Under the pieces are notes generated by a model. The model saw only the letters and a list, made by a program, of their open reading frames with translations, ran no database searches and had not been told where the DNA came from. A stretch of 64,000 nt of DNA from Arenicellales bacterium (GTDB lineage: Bacteria > Pseudomonadota > Gammaproteobacteria > Arenicellales > JAJDZL01): contig OZ241380.1 in assembly GCA_965200765.1 (NCBI GenBank), positions 3,066,525-3,130,524 on the forward strand. Direction: 5' to 3'. The position numbers were made by a program, and so were the translations under genes. Below, in pieces: positions 1-9,733 of this stretch. Within the stretch, counting starts at the first letter, position 1; the number at the start of each line of letters is the position of its first letter.

Positions 1-758
1 GCAAGGTACCGGGTCGTTTTGTACGCTTCTTCTGTAGTGATGGGCAAAATTTCATCATAAGCTTCGGTATTTAAAATTTCCGGGATAAATCCAGGAGCAG
101 TACCCATGATTTTGTGCTTGCAAGCCAACCCTTTGGAAAGTATGGGCGAGTCCGCTGGCTCGGTCGCAACAACTTGTACATCCGGATGAAGCTCTTTGAG
201 ATATTGACCCAAGCCTGAAATCGTGCCGCCGGTACCAGTAGTGCAGACAACAGTGTTCAAATCGGTTCCAAAATCATCCCAGATTTCTTCACTGGTGACT
301 CGATGTGCTTCTGTGTTGGCCGGGTTGTAATGTTGCCCCACAAAAAAGTATCCCTGTTTTTCTGCCAGTTCTTTCGCACGTTCAATGGCGCCAATGGTTC
401 CCTCTACCGCGGGTGTCAAAATAATCTCCGCACCAAACGACAACAGAATTTTCTTGCGCTCTTCACTCATGTCCTCCGCCATTGTGAAAACTGCACGATA
501 TCCCTTGTAAGCCGCTACCATCGCCAGGCCAATGCCGGTGTTGCCAGAGGTCGGTTCAATGATGGTATCGCCGGGTTGGATTCGTCCACTGCGTTCAGCA
601 TCTTCTATCATGTTCAGCGCCGGTCGGTCCTTGACTGAACCGGCCGGGTTGAAGCTTTCAACCTTTACCCAAAGCTCGACCCCGTCAGGAACCGGTGCCT
701 TGTTCAGTCTGACCACAGGCGTATTCCCCACAGTTTCTAGAATATTTTTATACTTCAT
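1..758 (-). CDS. cysK: cysteine synthase (O-acetylserine thiol-lyase), 3' end outside the window
   Basis: Manual minus-strand translation from ATG at 758: MKYKNILETVGNTPVVRL...ESFNPAGSVKDR (PLP lysine)...EPTSGNTG...TGTGGT...HKIMGTAPGFIP. Absent from the ORF track because it runs off the edge. Confidence 0.88.
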   Translation of the reverse strand, partial: MKYKNILETVGNTPVVRLNKAPVPDGVELWVKVESFNPAGSVKDRPALNMIEDAERSGRIQPGDTIIEPTSGNTGIGLAMVAAYKGYRAVFTMAEDMSEERKKILLSFGAEIILTPAVEGTIGAIERAKELAEKQGYFFVGQHYNPANTEAHRVTSEEIWDDFGTDLNTVVCTTGTGGTISGLGQYLKELHPDVQVVATEPADSPILSKGLACKHKIMGTAPGFIPEILNTEAYDEILPITTEEAYKTTRYL

Positions 759-854
759 CCAGTAATTTCCCCATTGAATTGAAAAATATTTCCCCAATTC
801 TATAAATATGGGGTTAAAAATTGCGTAATCAAGCAATTGGCTTGATTATTATAG

Positions 855-1991
855 TCAAGAGTGAAGGGTTCGGTAACGATTTTGATGATAGGCCGGGTCG
901 CCAAACAGGAGATTCAGCGATGCGACGCGTTTCAGGTAGTGTCCCACGGGCATTTCATTCGTCATGCCCATGGCACCATGCAGATGAACTGCCTCTTCGG
1001 CAACTTGCATGGCCGCGTTGCCAATGCTCCACTTTGCGGCAGATACCACTTTGTTCTGTTCAAGTTCCTCATCTTCGTAAACGGAGCGCAATGCATTCTC
1101 AGCCATGCTTTGAGCCAGTTCGCACTTCATGTACATATCCGTAACGCGATGCTGGATCGCTTGAAATTTCCCGATTTGCGAATCAAACTGGCTTCTTGTT
1201 TTGATGAACTCTAGCGAAATTTCAAATACTGCCCACATGATGCCGTTCATTTCGGCACAACTCGCCGCAGCCGCATGATTGAATGCCTGTTCAACAGGGC
1301 CCAAGGCCTGATTTTCAACTCCCAGCAAGGAATCTGAAGGAATTTTTGCATCACTGAAATGAAGACTGGATACGCTTCTGCCATCGTGGGTTCTGTAATT
1401 TTCAAACTTCAAACCTGCGGTATCGCGGTCTATCAAAAATAAGGACAGTCCTTTCCGGTCGTTGGCATTGCCTTTGGTACGTGCCAAGACTAAAAAACGA
1501 TTTGCAATATTTCCGTAGGGAACTGCAATTTTTGTACCATTCAACAAGTATTGTCCGGCAGATTTTTTAGCAACAGTCTGGATATTGTGAAGGTCGTAGC
1601 GCGACTGTGCTTCAGGGATTGCCGGTGAGACAATCAGGTTGCCTTCGACGATTTCTCCCAGAAGTGCTGTGCATTGGTCTTTGCTGGCAGTCGATTCAAG
1701 CAGTTCGGTGCACAAGACAATGGTGGTCAGGTAGGGGCTTGGCACATTGGCGCGCCCCAGTTGTTGCATAACGGTATACAACTCCGAAGCACCGCATCCC
1801 AAGCCGCCGAATTGTTCTGAAACCGGCAGACTGAGCCAGCCAAGATCTGCATACAATTGCCAATGCTCTGGCGAGAAGCCAGTTTCGGACGCGACAATTT
1901 CACTTCGTTTCTCAAAAGTGCAATGGTCGCGAATGTATTTTGAAAGCGACTCTTCGAGCATGGACTGAATGCCGTTCGATTGGTCATTCAC
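855..1991 (-). CDS. acyl-CoA dehydrogenase, PimD-like small subunit
   Basis: 378 aa; RSQFDSQIGKFQAIQH and AVHLHGAMGMTNE motifs; directly downstream of a second ACAD. Confidence 0.9.
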   Translation of the reverse strand: MNDQSNGIQSMLEESLSKYIRDHCTFEKRSEIVASETGFSPEHWQLYADLGWLSLPVSEQFGGLGCGASELYTVMQQLGRANVPSPYLTTIVLCTELLESTASKDQCTALLGEIVEGNLIVSPAIPEAQSRYDLHNIQTVAKKSAGQYLLNGTKIAVPYGNIANRFLVLARTKGNANDRKGLSLFLIDRDTAGLKFENYRTHDGRSVSSLHFSDAKIPSDSLLGVENQALGPVEQAFNHAAAASCAEMNGIMWAVFEISLEFIKTRSQFDSQIGKFQAIQHRVTDMYMKCELAQSMAENALRSVYEDEELEQNKVVSAAKWSIGNAAMQVAEEAVHLHGAMGMTNEMPVGHYLKRVASLNLLFGDPAYHQNRYRTLHS

Positions 1992-1993
1992 AG

Positions 1994-3196
1994 CTAAAGC
2001 CCCAGCACTGCTTTGGAAATGATGTTTCTTTGAATTTCGTTGGTGCCGGAATAGATCGGCGTTTTCCGGTAATTGAAGTAGTTTCTCATCCAGTCGGAGG
2101 GTTGATACGGAAGGGCAAAATCCGGTATATCAACTTCCCGGGAAATATCAATCTGGGAAAAATATGCACCCGCCTCGGCGGCCAGGCGAAATACATCGCA
2201 TTGAATTTCTGTGCCGCGAATTTTCAGCATTGAAGCCTCGGGACCGGGGTCACTGGTATCCGGTCTGGAAAACAAAATTCGCCGCTCGGTCAGCTCAAGT
2301 GCATACAGTTCAATTTCAAGACAGTGGATGCGGTCGGCAAAGGCCGCATCGTCCATGAGTCGATTCCCGCCCGGTATTGGGTGCTCGGCCATGCACTTCA
2401 AGCGTCTCAGTGTCGCCTTGGTTCGGGAAACTTCTGCAGTCCCAAACCTTTCCAGTCCCAGCAAATACTTGCCGATCGTCCAGCCTTCGTTTTCGTTCCC
2501 CACTCGTTGTGTGACCGGTACTCGCACATCATCGAAAAACACCTGGTTCACTTCATGCGTGCCTTCAAACATGAGCAATGGTTCAATCGTAATTCCCGGC
2601 GAATTCAGGTCAGCCATGAGAAAGGTAATTCCCTGTTGCTTTCGGCCTTCTGTGCTGGTGCGAAACAAACCAAAAATCCAGTCGGCAATATGTGCTTCGC
2701 TGGTCCAGATTTTCGAGCCATTGAGGATATATTCGTCGCCGTCGCGTGTTGCCCGACATTTCAACGATGCCAAGTCAGATCCGGCATTGGGTTCAGAATA
2801 GCCTTGGCACCAAAGCGTATCTCCACTTAGTATGCCCGGCAGAAACTGTTGTTTCTGTTCTTCGGTGCCATACTCGAACAGGGTCGGACCCAACATGCCG
2901 ACTCCGTAGATCATGGTTCGTGGTGCATCGTTAAGTGAAATTTCCTGTTCGAAGATGTACTGTTGCTTGTCATTCCAACCCGGACCGCCGTACTGTTCGG
3001 GCCAGCCTGGACAGCACCAACCGCCGTTGTTTCCCAATATTTTATGCCAACGTACCTGGGCTTCCCGCGGCAAGTCCATTTGCTCGCGCGCCACCATTCG
3101 ACGAATATCCTCGGGCAAATTTTGCTGAATGAAAATTCGCAGTTCCAATCGAAATTCTTCCAATTCCGGTTCAAATGACGGCATTGGCAGTGTCAT
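1994..3196 (-). CDS. acyl-CoA dehydrogenase, PimC-like large subunit
   Basis: 400 aa; WCQGYSEPNAGSDLASL, NGSKIWTS and IYSGTNEIQRNIISKAVLGL; typical heteromeric ACAD pair. Confidence 0.92.
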   Translation of the reverse strand: MTLPMPSFEPELEEFRLELRIFIQQNLPEDIRRMVAREQMDLPREAQVRWHKILGNNGGWCCPGWPEQYGGPGWNDKQQYIFEQEISLNDAPRTMIYGVGMLGPTLFEYGTEEQKQQFLPGILSGDTLWCQGYSEPNAGSDLASLKCRATRDGDEYILNGSKIWTSEAHIADWIFGLFRTSTEGRKQQGITFLMADLNSPGITIEPLLMFEGTHEVNQVFFDDVRVPVTQRVGNENEGWTIGKYLLGLERFGTAEVSRTKATLRRLKCMAEHPIPGGNRLMDDAAFADRIHCLEIELYALELTERRILFSRPDTSDPGPEASMLKIRGTEIQCDVFRLAAEAGAYFSQIDISREVDIPDFALPYQPSDWMRNYFNYRKTPIYSGTNEIQRNIISKAVLGL

Positions 3197-3258
3197 TGTT
3201 CGTACTCAGGTGATTATGAAAATAAAAATTTGATGTACGACAAGCATTCTAAGGCGTA

Positions 3259-4452
3259 TCAGCGACGAAGTTGCAAAAAATCTGCCGCGCAACGCCGGAT
3301 CATTTCGTAAGCTCTTGCAAGTTGGTCTTCAGTTTCTCCAATGCAAAGTCGAAGCAGGTAATTTCCGCAACTTTCCCCGAAACCGTCGCAGGGCAGAATC
3401 GCGATGCTGTATTCGCGCAACAGGCGTTGCGAAAATTCGATTGACGTTGTTCCCAAATCTTCAATGTCAATGACAACAAACATTCCAACCTGGCTTCCGC
3501 GGACCTGGATACCTTCTATGTCACTTAATTCACGAATTGCCGTGTTTCTCTTTTGGTCGAGTTCACCGCGTACCAACGCTGAGGTTTGTTCGGATTGCCG
3601 GACGGCAACCGTTGCGGCATGTTGAATAAATCCGGGCAGTCCATAGCTCATGCAGAGCGACAGTTTGAACAGTCGCTCGGTCATTGCTTCGTTGGCGATG
3701 CTCCAGCCCAGTCTCCACCCGGACATTCTGTGAGATTTCGAGACACTTGAAATGGTGATGCAAAAATCCAGTGCCCCGGGAAGCGATACAGGGCTTCTGT
3801 AAGTACCGGGTGTAACCAATGTTGAATACACTTCATCGCTAATCAGCCACAAACCATGGTTGGCACAAATGTCAACAACCTCTTTCAGGTGGTCCCATTC
3901 GTACATGATGCCGCCCGGGTTGTTCGGAGAGTTGACGATAATGGCGCGTGTTTTTGAACTGACTGCATCACGAACGCGTTGGGGGTCGAATTGAAAATTT
4001 TCTTTCGGGTTGCTAGGTACCTGAACCAATGTCGCGCCACCGGCAGTGAAAGTGGCAGGATAGGTTGCATAATAGGGTTCAATGATAATGACTTCGTCAC
4101 CGGCTTCCAGTGCGCACAAGGATGTCGAAAACAGCGCATTTTGTGCACCTGAAAATACAAAACAGTTTTCCAACCCAACTTGAAGACCGGTGCTGTGGTT
4201 AAAATTGTCAACAATTGCCTGCCGCAATTCCGGCTCGCCTCTCAGTTCGCTGTAGCCATGTGTACCGGTTCTCAGGTTTTCGACCGCGGCCTCGACAATA
4301 AATGAAGGTGTCGATTGATCGGACTCCTGACCAATTGTGAGTTTTAGAATTTCGCGGCCCTGCAACTCCAGATCAGTTGCTTCCATGTGAATGGCCCAGG
4401 CATCCGAACCCTTGCCAGCGATTCTGTTGGTGAGCGACGAAAAATGTTCCAT
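3259..4452 (-). CDS. PLP-dependent aminotransferase class I/II (AruH-like)
   Basis: NSPNNPGG, SDEVY and SVSKSHRMSGWRLGW motifs; likely start at ATG 4452 (MEHFSSL), ORF extends to 4506. Confidence 0.9.
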   Translation of the reverse strand: MEHFSSLTNRIAGKGSDAWAIHMEATDLELQGREILKLTIGQESDQSTPSFIVEAAVENLRTGTHGYSELRGEPELRQAIVDNFNHSTGLQVGLENCFVFSGAQNALFSTSLCALEAGDEVIIIEPYYATYPATFTAGGATLVQVPSNPKENFQFDPQRVRDAVSSKTRAIIVNSPNNPGGIMYEWDHLKEVVDICANHGLWLISDEVYSTLVTPGTYRSPVSLPGALDFCITISSVSKSHRMSGWRLGWSIANEAMTERLFKLSLCMSYGLPGFIQHAATVAVRQSEQTSALVRGELDQKRNTAIRELSDIEGIQVRGSQVGMFVVIDIEDLGTTSIEFSQRLLREYSIAILPCDGFGESCGNYLLRLCIGETEDQLARAYEMIRRCAADFLQLRR

Positions 4453-4559
4453 AGTCAGTTCAGCGAAGTAAAAGTTCGTAATTTTACTGTGCTGACAATT
4501 GTTCACGGATTAAATTTTGTTAAGCAATTTGCAGGCAAAAGGGATTTAATTTTGCTGTT

Positions 4560-5804
4560 ATGAAAACGCTTGAACGTCAATCCGCTGCAGGCGCAGGGCT
4601 CAGAGACATCATCCGGGATTTGAGGAGTGTCAACGTCATCAATGCAGTTGTTGCAATTCTGTTTTCCACAACCGGACCGGTCGCGATTATTGTTGCAGTT
4701 GGATTTGCCGGGGGATTGACCGAAGCCGATATAGCTTCGTGGATTTTTGGCGGATTTGTGATTGGCGGGCTAGTCACAATTGTTTATTCGGTCTATTATC
4801 GGCAACCGTTGAGTTTTGCGTGGACCATCCCGGGCAGTGTATTGCTCGGTACCTCGCTGGACCATCTCAGTTTTGCCGAAGTAATCGGTGCTTATTGGGC
4901 AACCGGAATCCTGATGCTTTTAATCGGGTTGTCCGGCGGTGTGCGAAAAGCCCTGAAATACACTCCCATGCCAATTGTAATGGGCATGGTTGCCGGTGTT
5001 TTTCTGCAATTCGGGCTGGATGTCGTTTTGGCCTTTACAGAAGAATTCTGGTTGGCATGCATGATGGTTGCGGCGTTTGTGGCGATTTCTGCAGTGCCTT
5101 CCATTCGCAAAGTTATGCCGCCGGTTGTTGCGGCCCTCGCGGCCGGTGTCATCGTTGTGTGGTGGACCGGGAACATTCAATCGGTTGAAGCAGAAATTCA
5201 GTGGTTCGGGATTCCGAATTTGTACTGGCCGCAATTCTCGCAGCAAGCAATGGTCGAGTTGGTGGTTCCACTGGCCATTACAGTTTTGGTAGTCCAAAAC
5301 GGACAAGGCTTTGCGGTGCTGACGGCCGCCGGACATAATCCGCCGGCCAATTCAATGACGTTTGCGTGCGGGGTTGGTTCGATGCTTTATGCGCTGTTCG
5401 GGTCAGTCTGTACGTGTGTCACCGGACCCGCAAATGCAATATTGTCCAGTAGCGGAGAAGTGGGCAAACAATATACGGCCGGAGTAGTCTATGGCATTTT
5501 GTCAACTCTGTTTGGTTTGTTTGCATTCGGCGCGACGTGGTTGATTTTGTCTTTGCCGCCGGCATTTATCGCGATTCTCGGCGGACTGGCGCTGATGCCG
5601 GTGTTGCTACGGTCGTTCGTTGATGCGTTCAGCTCGAAATTTCAGTTGGGTGCGCTGGTTACGATGCTGGTGACCTTGTCGGACATTTCGATTTGGAATA
5701 TTGGCGCACCGTTTTGGGGCCTGGTATTCGGATTTGCAATCTCCGGCTTGCTGGAGCGCGATGATTTTCGCTCGCTCTCGGGTCGCAGTCTCGGTTCCGG
5801 GTAA
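4560..5804 (+). CDS. benzoate/H+ symporter BenE-family transporter
   Basis: 414 aa, highly hydrophobic; AWTIPG, AILGGLAL and IGAPFWGLVFG segments typical of BenE. Confidence 0.85.
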   Translation: MKTLERQSAAGAGLRDIIRDLRSVNVINAVVAILFSTTGPVAIIVAVGFAGGLTEADIASWIFGGFVIGGLVTIVYSVYYRQPLSFAWTIPGSVLLGTSLDHLSFAEVIGAYWATGILMLLIGLSGGVRKALKYTPMPIVMGMVAGVFLQFGLDVVLAFTEEFWLACMMVAAFVAISAVPSIRKVMPPVVAALAAGVIVVWWTGNIQSVEAEIQWFGIPNLYWPQFSQQAMVELVVPLAITVLVVQNGQGFAVLTAAGHNPPANSMTFACGVGSMLYALFGSVCTCVTGPANAILSSSGEVGKQYTAGVVYGILSTLFGLFAFGATWLILSLPPAFIAILGGLALMPVLLRSFVDAFSSKFQLGALVTMLVTLSDISIWNIGAPFWGLVFGFAISGLLERDDFRSLSGRSLGSG

Positions 5805-5827
5805 CAGTAAATTGAATTTTTAACAGA

Positions 5828-6211
5828 TCAGACCTGTCCGCAATCTGAGCACGTTCCAACGAGTTCAATCACCATTTTTCGGGTTTGAAATCCGGATTGT
5901 TGACTCATATGCTTCAATTCTGGTGGAATATCCACCGGGGCCAGCTCTTCAACGTTGCCGCAATCGTCGCAAATGGAAAACACGATTCGATTGTTTTTAT
6001 GCTTGAGATCGCAAGCAATAAAGGCATTCAGGCTTTCGACGCGATGCACGAGTCCCCGGTCAGTCAGTGCCTTTAGTGCGCGGTAGATTTGTGGCGGTGC
6101 GCGCAGACCTTGCTCGCGTACGCCGTCGAGTATGTCATAAGCGCTTTGCGGACGAGCTGCGGTGCGCAAATGGCGGTAGACCGCATTCTGGTTTTGCGTC
6201 AAATCTTTCAT
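5828..6211 (-). CDS. zur: zinc uptake regulator (Fur family)
   Basis: SAYDILD...PPQIYRAL...VHRVESLNAFIAC, CDDC and CSDC zinc motifs; downstream of znuCB. Confidence 0.92.
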   Translation of the reverse strand: MKDLTQNQNAVYRHLRTAARPQSAYDILDGVREQGLRAPPQIYRALKALTDRGLVHRVESLNAFIACDLKHKNNRIVFSICDDCGNVEELAPVDIPPELKHMSQQSGFQTRKMVIELVGTCSDCGQV

Positions 6212-6215
6212 TCAA

Positions 6216-7031
6216 TCATTTAGTCGGCTTCAATTTTCTGGCTGCAATGATACTGGTGATTGTCAAACTGGAAACAAAGATCACCGAGGCAACTAAAACA
6301 ATACTCGGACCTGATGGTAAATCGACGTTAAGAGAAAGTACTAGTCCGATGATTACTGCAATGATACCTGCCAGTACAGAATATACTGCCATCTGCTCGG
6401 GAGATTTGGAAAAATAACGCGCTGAAGCGGCCGGAATAATCAACATTGACATGGTCAAAATGATTCCTACAATTTTCATGGCGAATGCGACGACTGCCGC
6501 AAGAAGCACCATGAGCAGATAGCGGGTATATACCGGTTGCAGGTTCTCCGCGGCAGCGATCTCCTCGTTGACCGTGGTACAAACCAATTGTCGCCAGCGC
6601 CATACGACCAGTGTGATCACTACCACGCCTGCCAGGTAGATGCTTGCAATATCAATCCAGTTCACAGAAAGGATGTTGCCGAACAGGTATTGCAGAAGGT
6701 CGACGCGCACCCAGTACATGAGCGAAACCAGAATCAGGCCGAGTGCCAGTGTGGAATGCGAGAGAATGCCCAATAATGAATCGGCCGGCAATTGGGAACG
6801 GTCCGTCACACGTCCAAGCAAAAACGCGGCAACTATGCAGATCCCGAAGACTCCCGCAAATATATGAACTTCCAGAATGATGGCGATGGCGATTCCCAGC
6901 AGGGAGGTATGTGCCATGGTGTCACCAAAATATGCCAGACGTTGCCACATGATGAAGCAACCAAGCGGTCCGGCGACAATCGCAACACCGATTCCTGCGA
7001 TCAGAGCGCGCACAAAGAAGTCATCAAGCAT
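6216..7031 (-). CDS. znuB: zinc ABC transporter permease
   Basis: AGPLGCF...YFGDTMAH...YLFGNIL...LIIPAASA; operon context. Confidence 0.93.
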   Translation of the reverse strand: MLDDFFVRALIAGIGVAIVAGPLGCFIMWQRLAYFGDTMAHTSLLGIAIAIILEVHIFAGVFGICIVAAFLLGRVTDRSQLPADSLLGILSHSTLALGLILVSLMYWVRVDLLQYLFGNILSVNWIDIASIYLAGVVVITLVVWRWRQLVCTTVNEEIAAAENLQPVYTRYLLMVLLAAVVAFAMKIVGIILTMSMLIIPAASARYFSKSPEQMAVYSVLAGIIAVIIGLVLSLNVDLPSGPSIVLVASVIFVSSLTITSIIAARKLKPTK

Positions 7032-7047
7032 GGTACAAACTTGTCAG

Positions 7048-7818
7048 CTAGTCTTTCACAGAGGTTGCAATGCTTCCGTCGGGCAGATGCTCATGGTCGT
7101 GTTCATGCTGATACAAGGCCAACGACTTTTGTGCAGTTTCGCCGAACAATCGGGTGTATTCCCGATTGTTGGCAACCAGATCCGGCGTGCCGGTGCAGCA
7201 TACATGGGTATTCAGGCAGATGACGAGGTCGGCCTTGGCCATGACGATATGCAAGTCATGTGTGATGAGCAGAATTCCACAATCAAAGCGGTTTCGGGTT
7301 TCTTCAACCAGGTGGTAGAGACTGGCTTCGCCGGCATAGTCCATTCCCTGTGCAGGTTCGTCAAGGATGAGCAGATCCGGCTTGCTGACAATGGCACGGG
7401 CAAACAGCGCGCGCTGAAATTCGCCGCCCGACAAGTTCTGTACTGCGGTTTGGGCCAAATGTGAAATTTGCAAAGAATCCAGTGCTTCCGCCACAGCGCG
7501 GTTGCTATGCTTGCGGGTCAGGTTCATCAGGCGGTTGACGGTGATCGGGAAAGTAGAGTTCAAATTGAATTTTTGAGGAACATAGCCGATTCTCAGATCT
7601 TGCTGACGATTCACAGAACCATGGTCGGGTTTGATGACATCGGTCAAAATTTTTGCGACCGTGGTCTTGCCGCTTCCGTTTGGTCCGATCAGCGAGACGA
7701 TGCTGGTGCGATGAACTGCAATATCCACATCGCGGAGCAACCAGCGGTTGTTTCTGATTACTCCGACCCCGTTCGCTTCAACGAGAGGTATGTCTTTGGA
7801 AATATTATTTGCCATCAT
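7048..7818 (-). CDS. znuC: zinc ABC transporter ATP-binding subunit
   Basis: GPNGSGKT, LSGGEFQR, LILDEP, HVCCTGTP and a His-rich tail. Confidence 0.94.
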   Translation of the reverse strand: MMANNISKDIPLVEANGVGVIRNNRWLLRDVDIAVHRTSIVSLIGPNGSGKTTVAKILTDVIKPDHGSVNRQQDLRIGYVPQKFNLNSTFPITVNRLMNLTRKHSNRAVAEALDSLQISHLAQTAVQNLSGGEFQRALFARAIVSKPDLLILDEPAQGMDYAGEASLYHLVEETRNRFDCGILLITHDLHIVMAKADLVICLNTHVCCTGTPDLVANNREYTRLFGETAQKSLALYQHEHDHEHLPDGSIATSVKD

Positions 7819-7824
7819 TCTGGT

Positions 7825-7847
7825 GATATGTTATACAATAACAATTT
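7825..7847. promoter_or_regulatory. Zur box
   Basis: GATATGTTATA-C-AATAACAATTT matches the 23-bp proteobacterial Zur palindrome GAAATGTTATA-N-TATAACATTTC; lies between divergent znuC and znuA. Confidence 0.8.
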
Positions 7848-7890
7848 GATTATACATGTTGAAATTCTAAATCGTTGAGGAAATCCGGTA

Positions 7891-8979
7891 ATGAAATCTA
7901 TTGTAGCAAGGCTTTTTGTTGTTCTCGCGTTCTTGACATCCGCGTATGCAGTGGCGGATAGCTCGCCACGTGTGGTCGTTTCCATCAAGCCCTTCCACAG
8001 TCTCGCTTCGTCAATCATGGAGGGAGCAGGAACTCCGCATCTGGTGGTGAGAGGTTTTCAGTCCCCTCATACCTACCAGTTGCTTCCATCGGATGCACAG
8101 GCATTTATTGAAGCGGACTTGGTGTATTGGGTTGGACCGGCCCTGGAATCGAATCTGGGCAACTTTCTTTCAAATTTGTCCGAGGAGACGACTGTTGTTG
8201 AAATTCCAGAGCTTGATGGATTGACCTTGATATCCAACTTGGGTGATGGTCACGATGAGTCTGTTACAGATGAAGACCATGGTGATGATGAAGAACACGC
8301 GCACGCTCACGAAGACGAGGCACATGATGACCATGGCCATGAAGAGGATGAACATCATGATGACGATGACAAACATGCAAAAATGGAAACGGAAGAGCAA
8401 CACGATGATCACCACGACGAAGACGGTCACCACGGTCATGACCACAGTGCAGGCGGTATTGACGTGCACTTGTGGCTTGATGTTGGCAATGCAAAAGTGG
8501 TTGCTTCAGAAATGGCACACATGCTGGCCAGTGCTGACCCGCAAAATCAGGAAGTGTATCTCAACAACGAAAAACGATTGATTGAGCGGCTGAATGCATT
8601 GGAAAAAGAATTGGCCGTCATGGCGGAATCCGTGCATGACAAGCCGTACATTGTGTTTCACGATGCTTACAGGTACATTCAGGCACGCTATGGATTGCAT
8701 TATGTTGAAGCGGTAACCATCAGTCCCGAGCAGTCGCCGAGTGCCAAACGATTTCGGGAACTAGTGAATTATGCGAAGAGGGAGGACATTCACTGCGTCT
8801 TCAAGGAACCACAATTTTCTTCCAAGACAGTTGAGGTGCTTGCCACCGAGAAAAACTTACGTGTGGTAAATTTGGATCCGCTCGGTGCCGACTTGGACCC
8901 CGGTCCGGACGCATACTTTGATTTGATGCGCAACATTATGGTTTCCTTGCAAGATTGCTTGCTGGAGACGGCCAGCTAG
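7891..8979 (+). CDS. znuA: zinc ABC transporter periplasmic binding protein with long His/Asp/Glu loop
   Basis: Signal peptide, VVVSIKP, SPHTY, DVHLWLD, FHDAY, CVFKEPQF and DPLG motifs. Confidence 0.94.
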   Translation: MKSIVARLFVVLAFLTSAYAVADSSPRVVVSIKPFHSLASSIMEGAGTPHLVVRGFQSPHTYQLLPSDAQAFIEADLVYWVGPALESNLGNFLSNLSEETTVVEIPELDGLTLISNLGDGHDESVTDEDHGDDEEHAHAHEDEAHDDHGHEEDEHHDDDDKHAKMETEEQHDDHHDEDGHHGHDHSAGGIDVHLWLDVGNAKVVASEMAHMLASADPQNQEVYLNNEKRLIERLNALEKELAVMAESVHDKPYIVFHDAYRYIQARYGLHYVEAVTISPEQSPSAKRFRELVNYAKREDIHCVFKEPQFSSKTVEVLATEKNLRVVNLDPLGADLDPGPDAYFDLMRNIMVSLQDCLLETAS

Positions 8980-8997
8980 TTCGCTGGAAGATTGAAT

Positions 8998-9074
8998 TGG
9001 TGGCTATGGGTGGACTCGAACCACCGACCCCGGCGTTATGAGTGCCGTGCTCTAACCAGCTGAGCTACATAGCC
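8998..9074 (-). tRNA. tRNA-Met (CAT), elongator type
   Basis: Reverse complement GGCTATGTAGCTCAGCTGGTTAGAGCACGGCACTCATAACGCCGGGGTCGGTGGTTCGAGTCCACCCATAGCCACCA forms a cloverleaf with CAT anticodon, G1-C72 pair and encoded CCA. Confidence 0.95.
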
Positions 9075-9101
9075 ACTAGTATGAAATCAGCAGGACTTGG
9101 A

Positions 9102-9130
9102 ATTATACACAGGAATCCAGCAATACGCAA
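9102..9130 (-). promoter_or_regulatory. sigma70 promoter of the tRNA
   Basis: TTGCGT-17 bp-TATAAT with extended -10 TG, about 27 nt upstream of the tRNA 5' end. Confidence 0.65.
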
Positions 9131-9733
9131 ATGCGAGTGTTTCCCGTTGGAAGTTGTTTGAAGGTCAAGTTGTTGATTTGTCGAAGTTGACTGCAGTATG
9201 AAAACGTCTTGGCCTGTGATGTGGAGGTTTCGTGCGAGGATACCCGTGTTCTTAGTGGGTGAATTCGTAAAGACTTCCCAGCCAAACAGATTACGATGGA
9301 GTGTTGTATCGGCTTGTGCCTTAACTGCTCCATCCGAGGTGAAGGTTCAAGCACCTCATTCTGAGGTTGAATAATATAAAGATTGTTGTACCTATAGGGA
9401 GCTTGCATGGTAAGATTTATTTAATAAAAACAACAGCTTGCACTAGAGTTTAGAATGCCGCTGAGCAGCGCATGAGGCATGGGGTAGAAAATCGGAGCCT
9501 CTTGGGGTGAGAAAATTTCAGGCGGTCAAAACAGTTAAGGAAATCAACAATTTGGTAATTTCGAAACGAACTCGAGGAATCGGTACATTTTGATTTTGAC
9601 GCTTCCCTTTATAAACAAAGACTTACATACTGTGATTAGAAAAATCACAAATTTTTTGTTCCTGTGACTTGAAAGGCTGGTTTTTGCCCACATATTGAAT
9701 GTTTAGACATTTTTCGTGCGAATGCTCGTATAC

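Noticed and set aside
8998-9074. tRNA-Met as the attachment site of an integrated island
   Set aside because: Its 3' end faces znuA, away from the accessory tract; I found no duplicated 3' fragment or integrase in the window.
9167-9555. IHF-like sites (WATCAANNNNTTR) near the tRNA, also near 24613 and 37308
   Set aside because: Short degenerate motif in AT-rich DNA with no associated recombinase; chance cannot be excluded.
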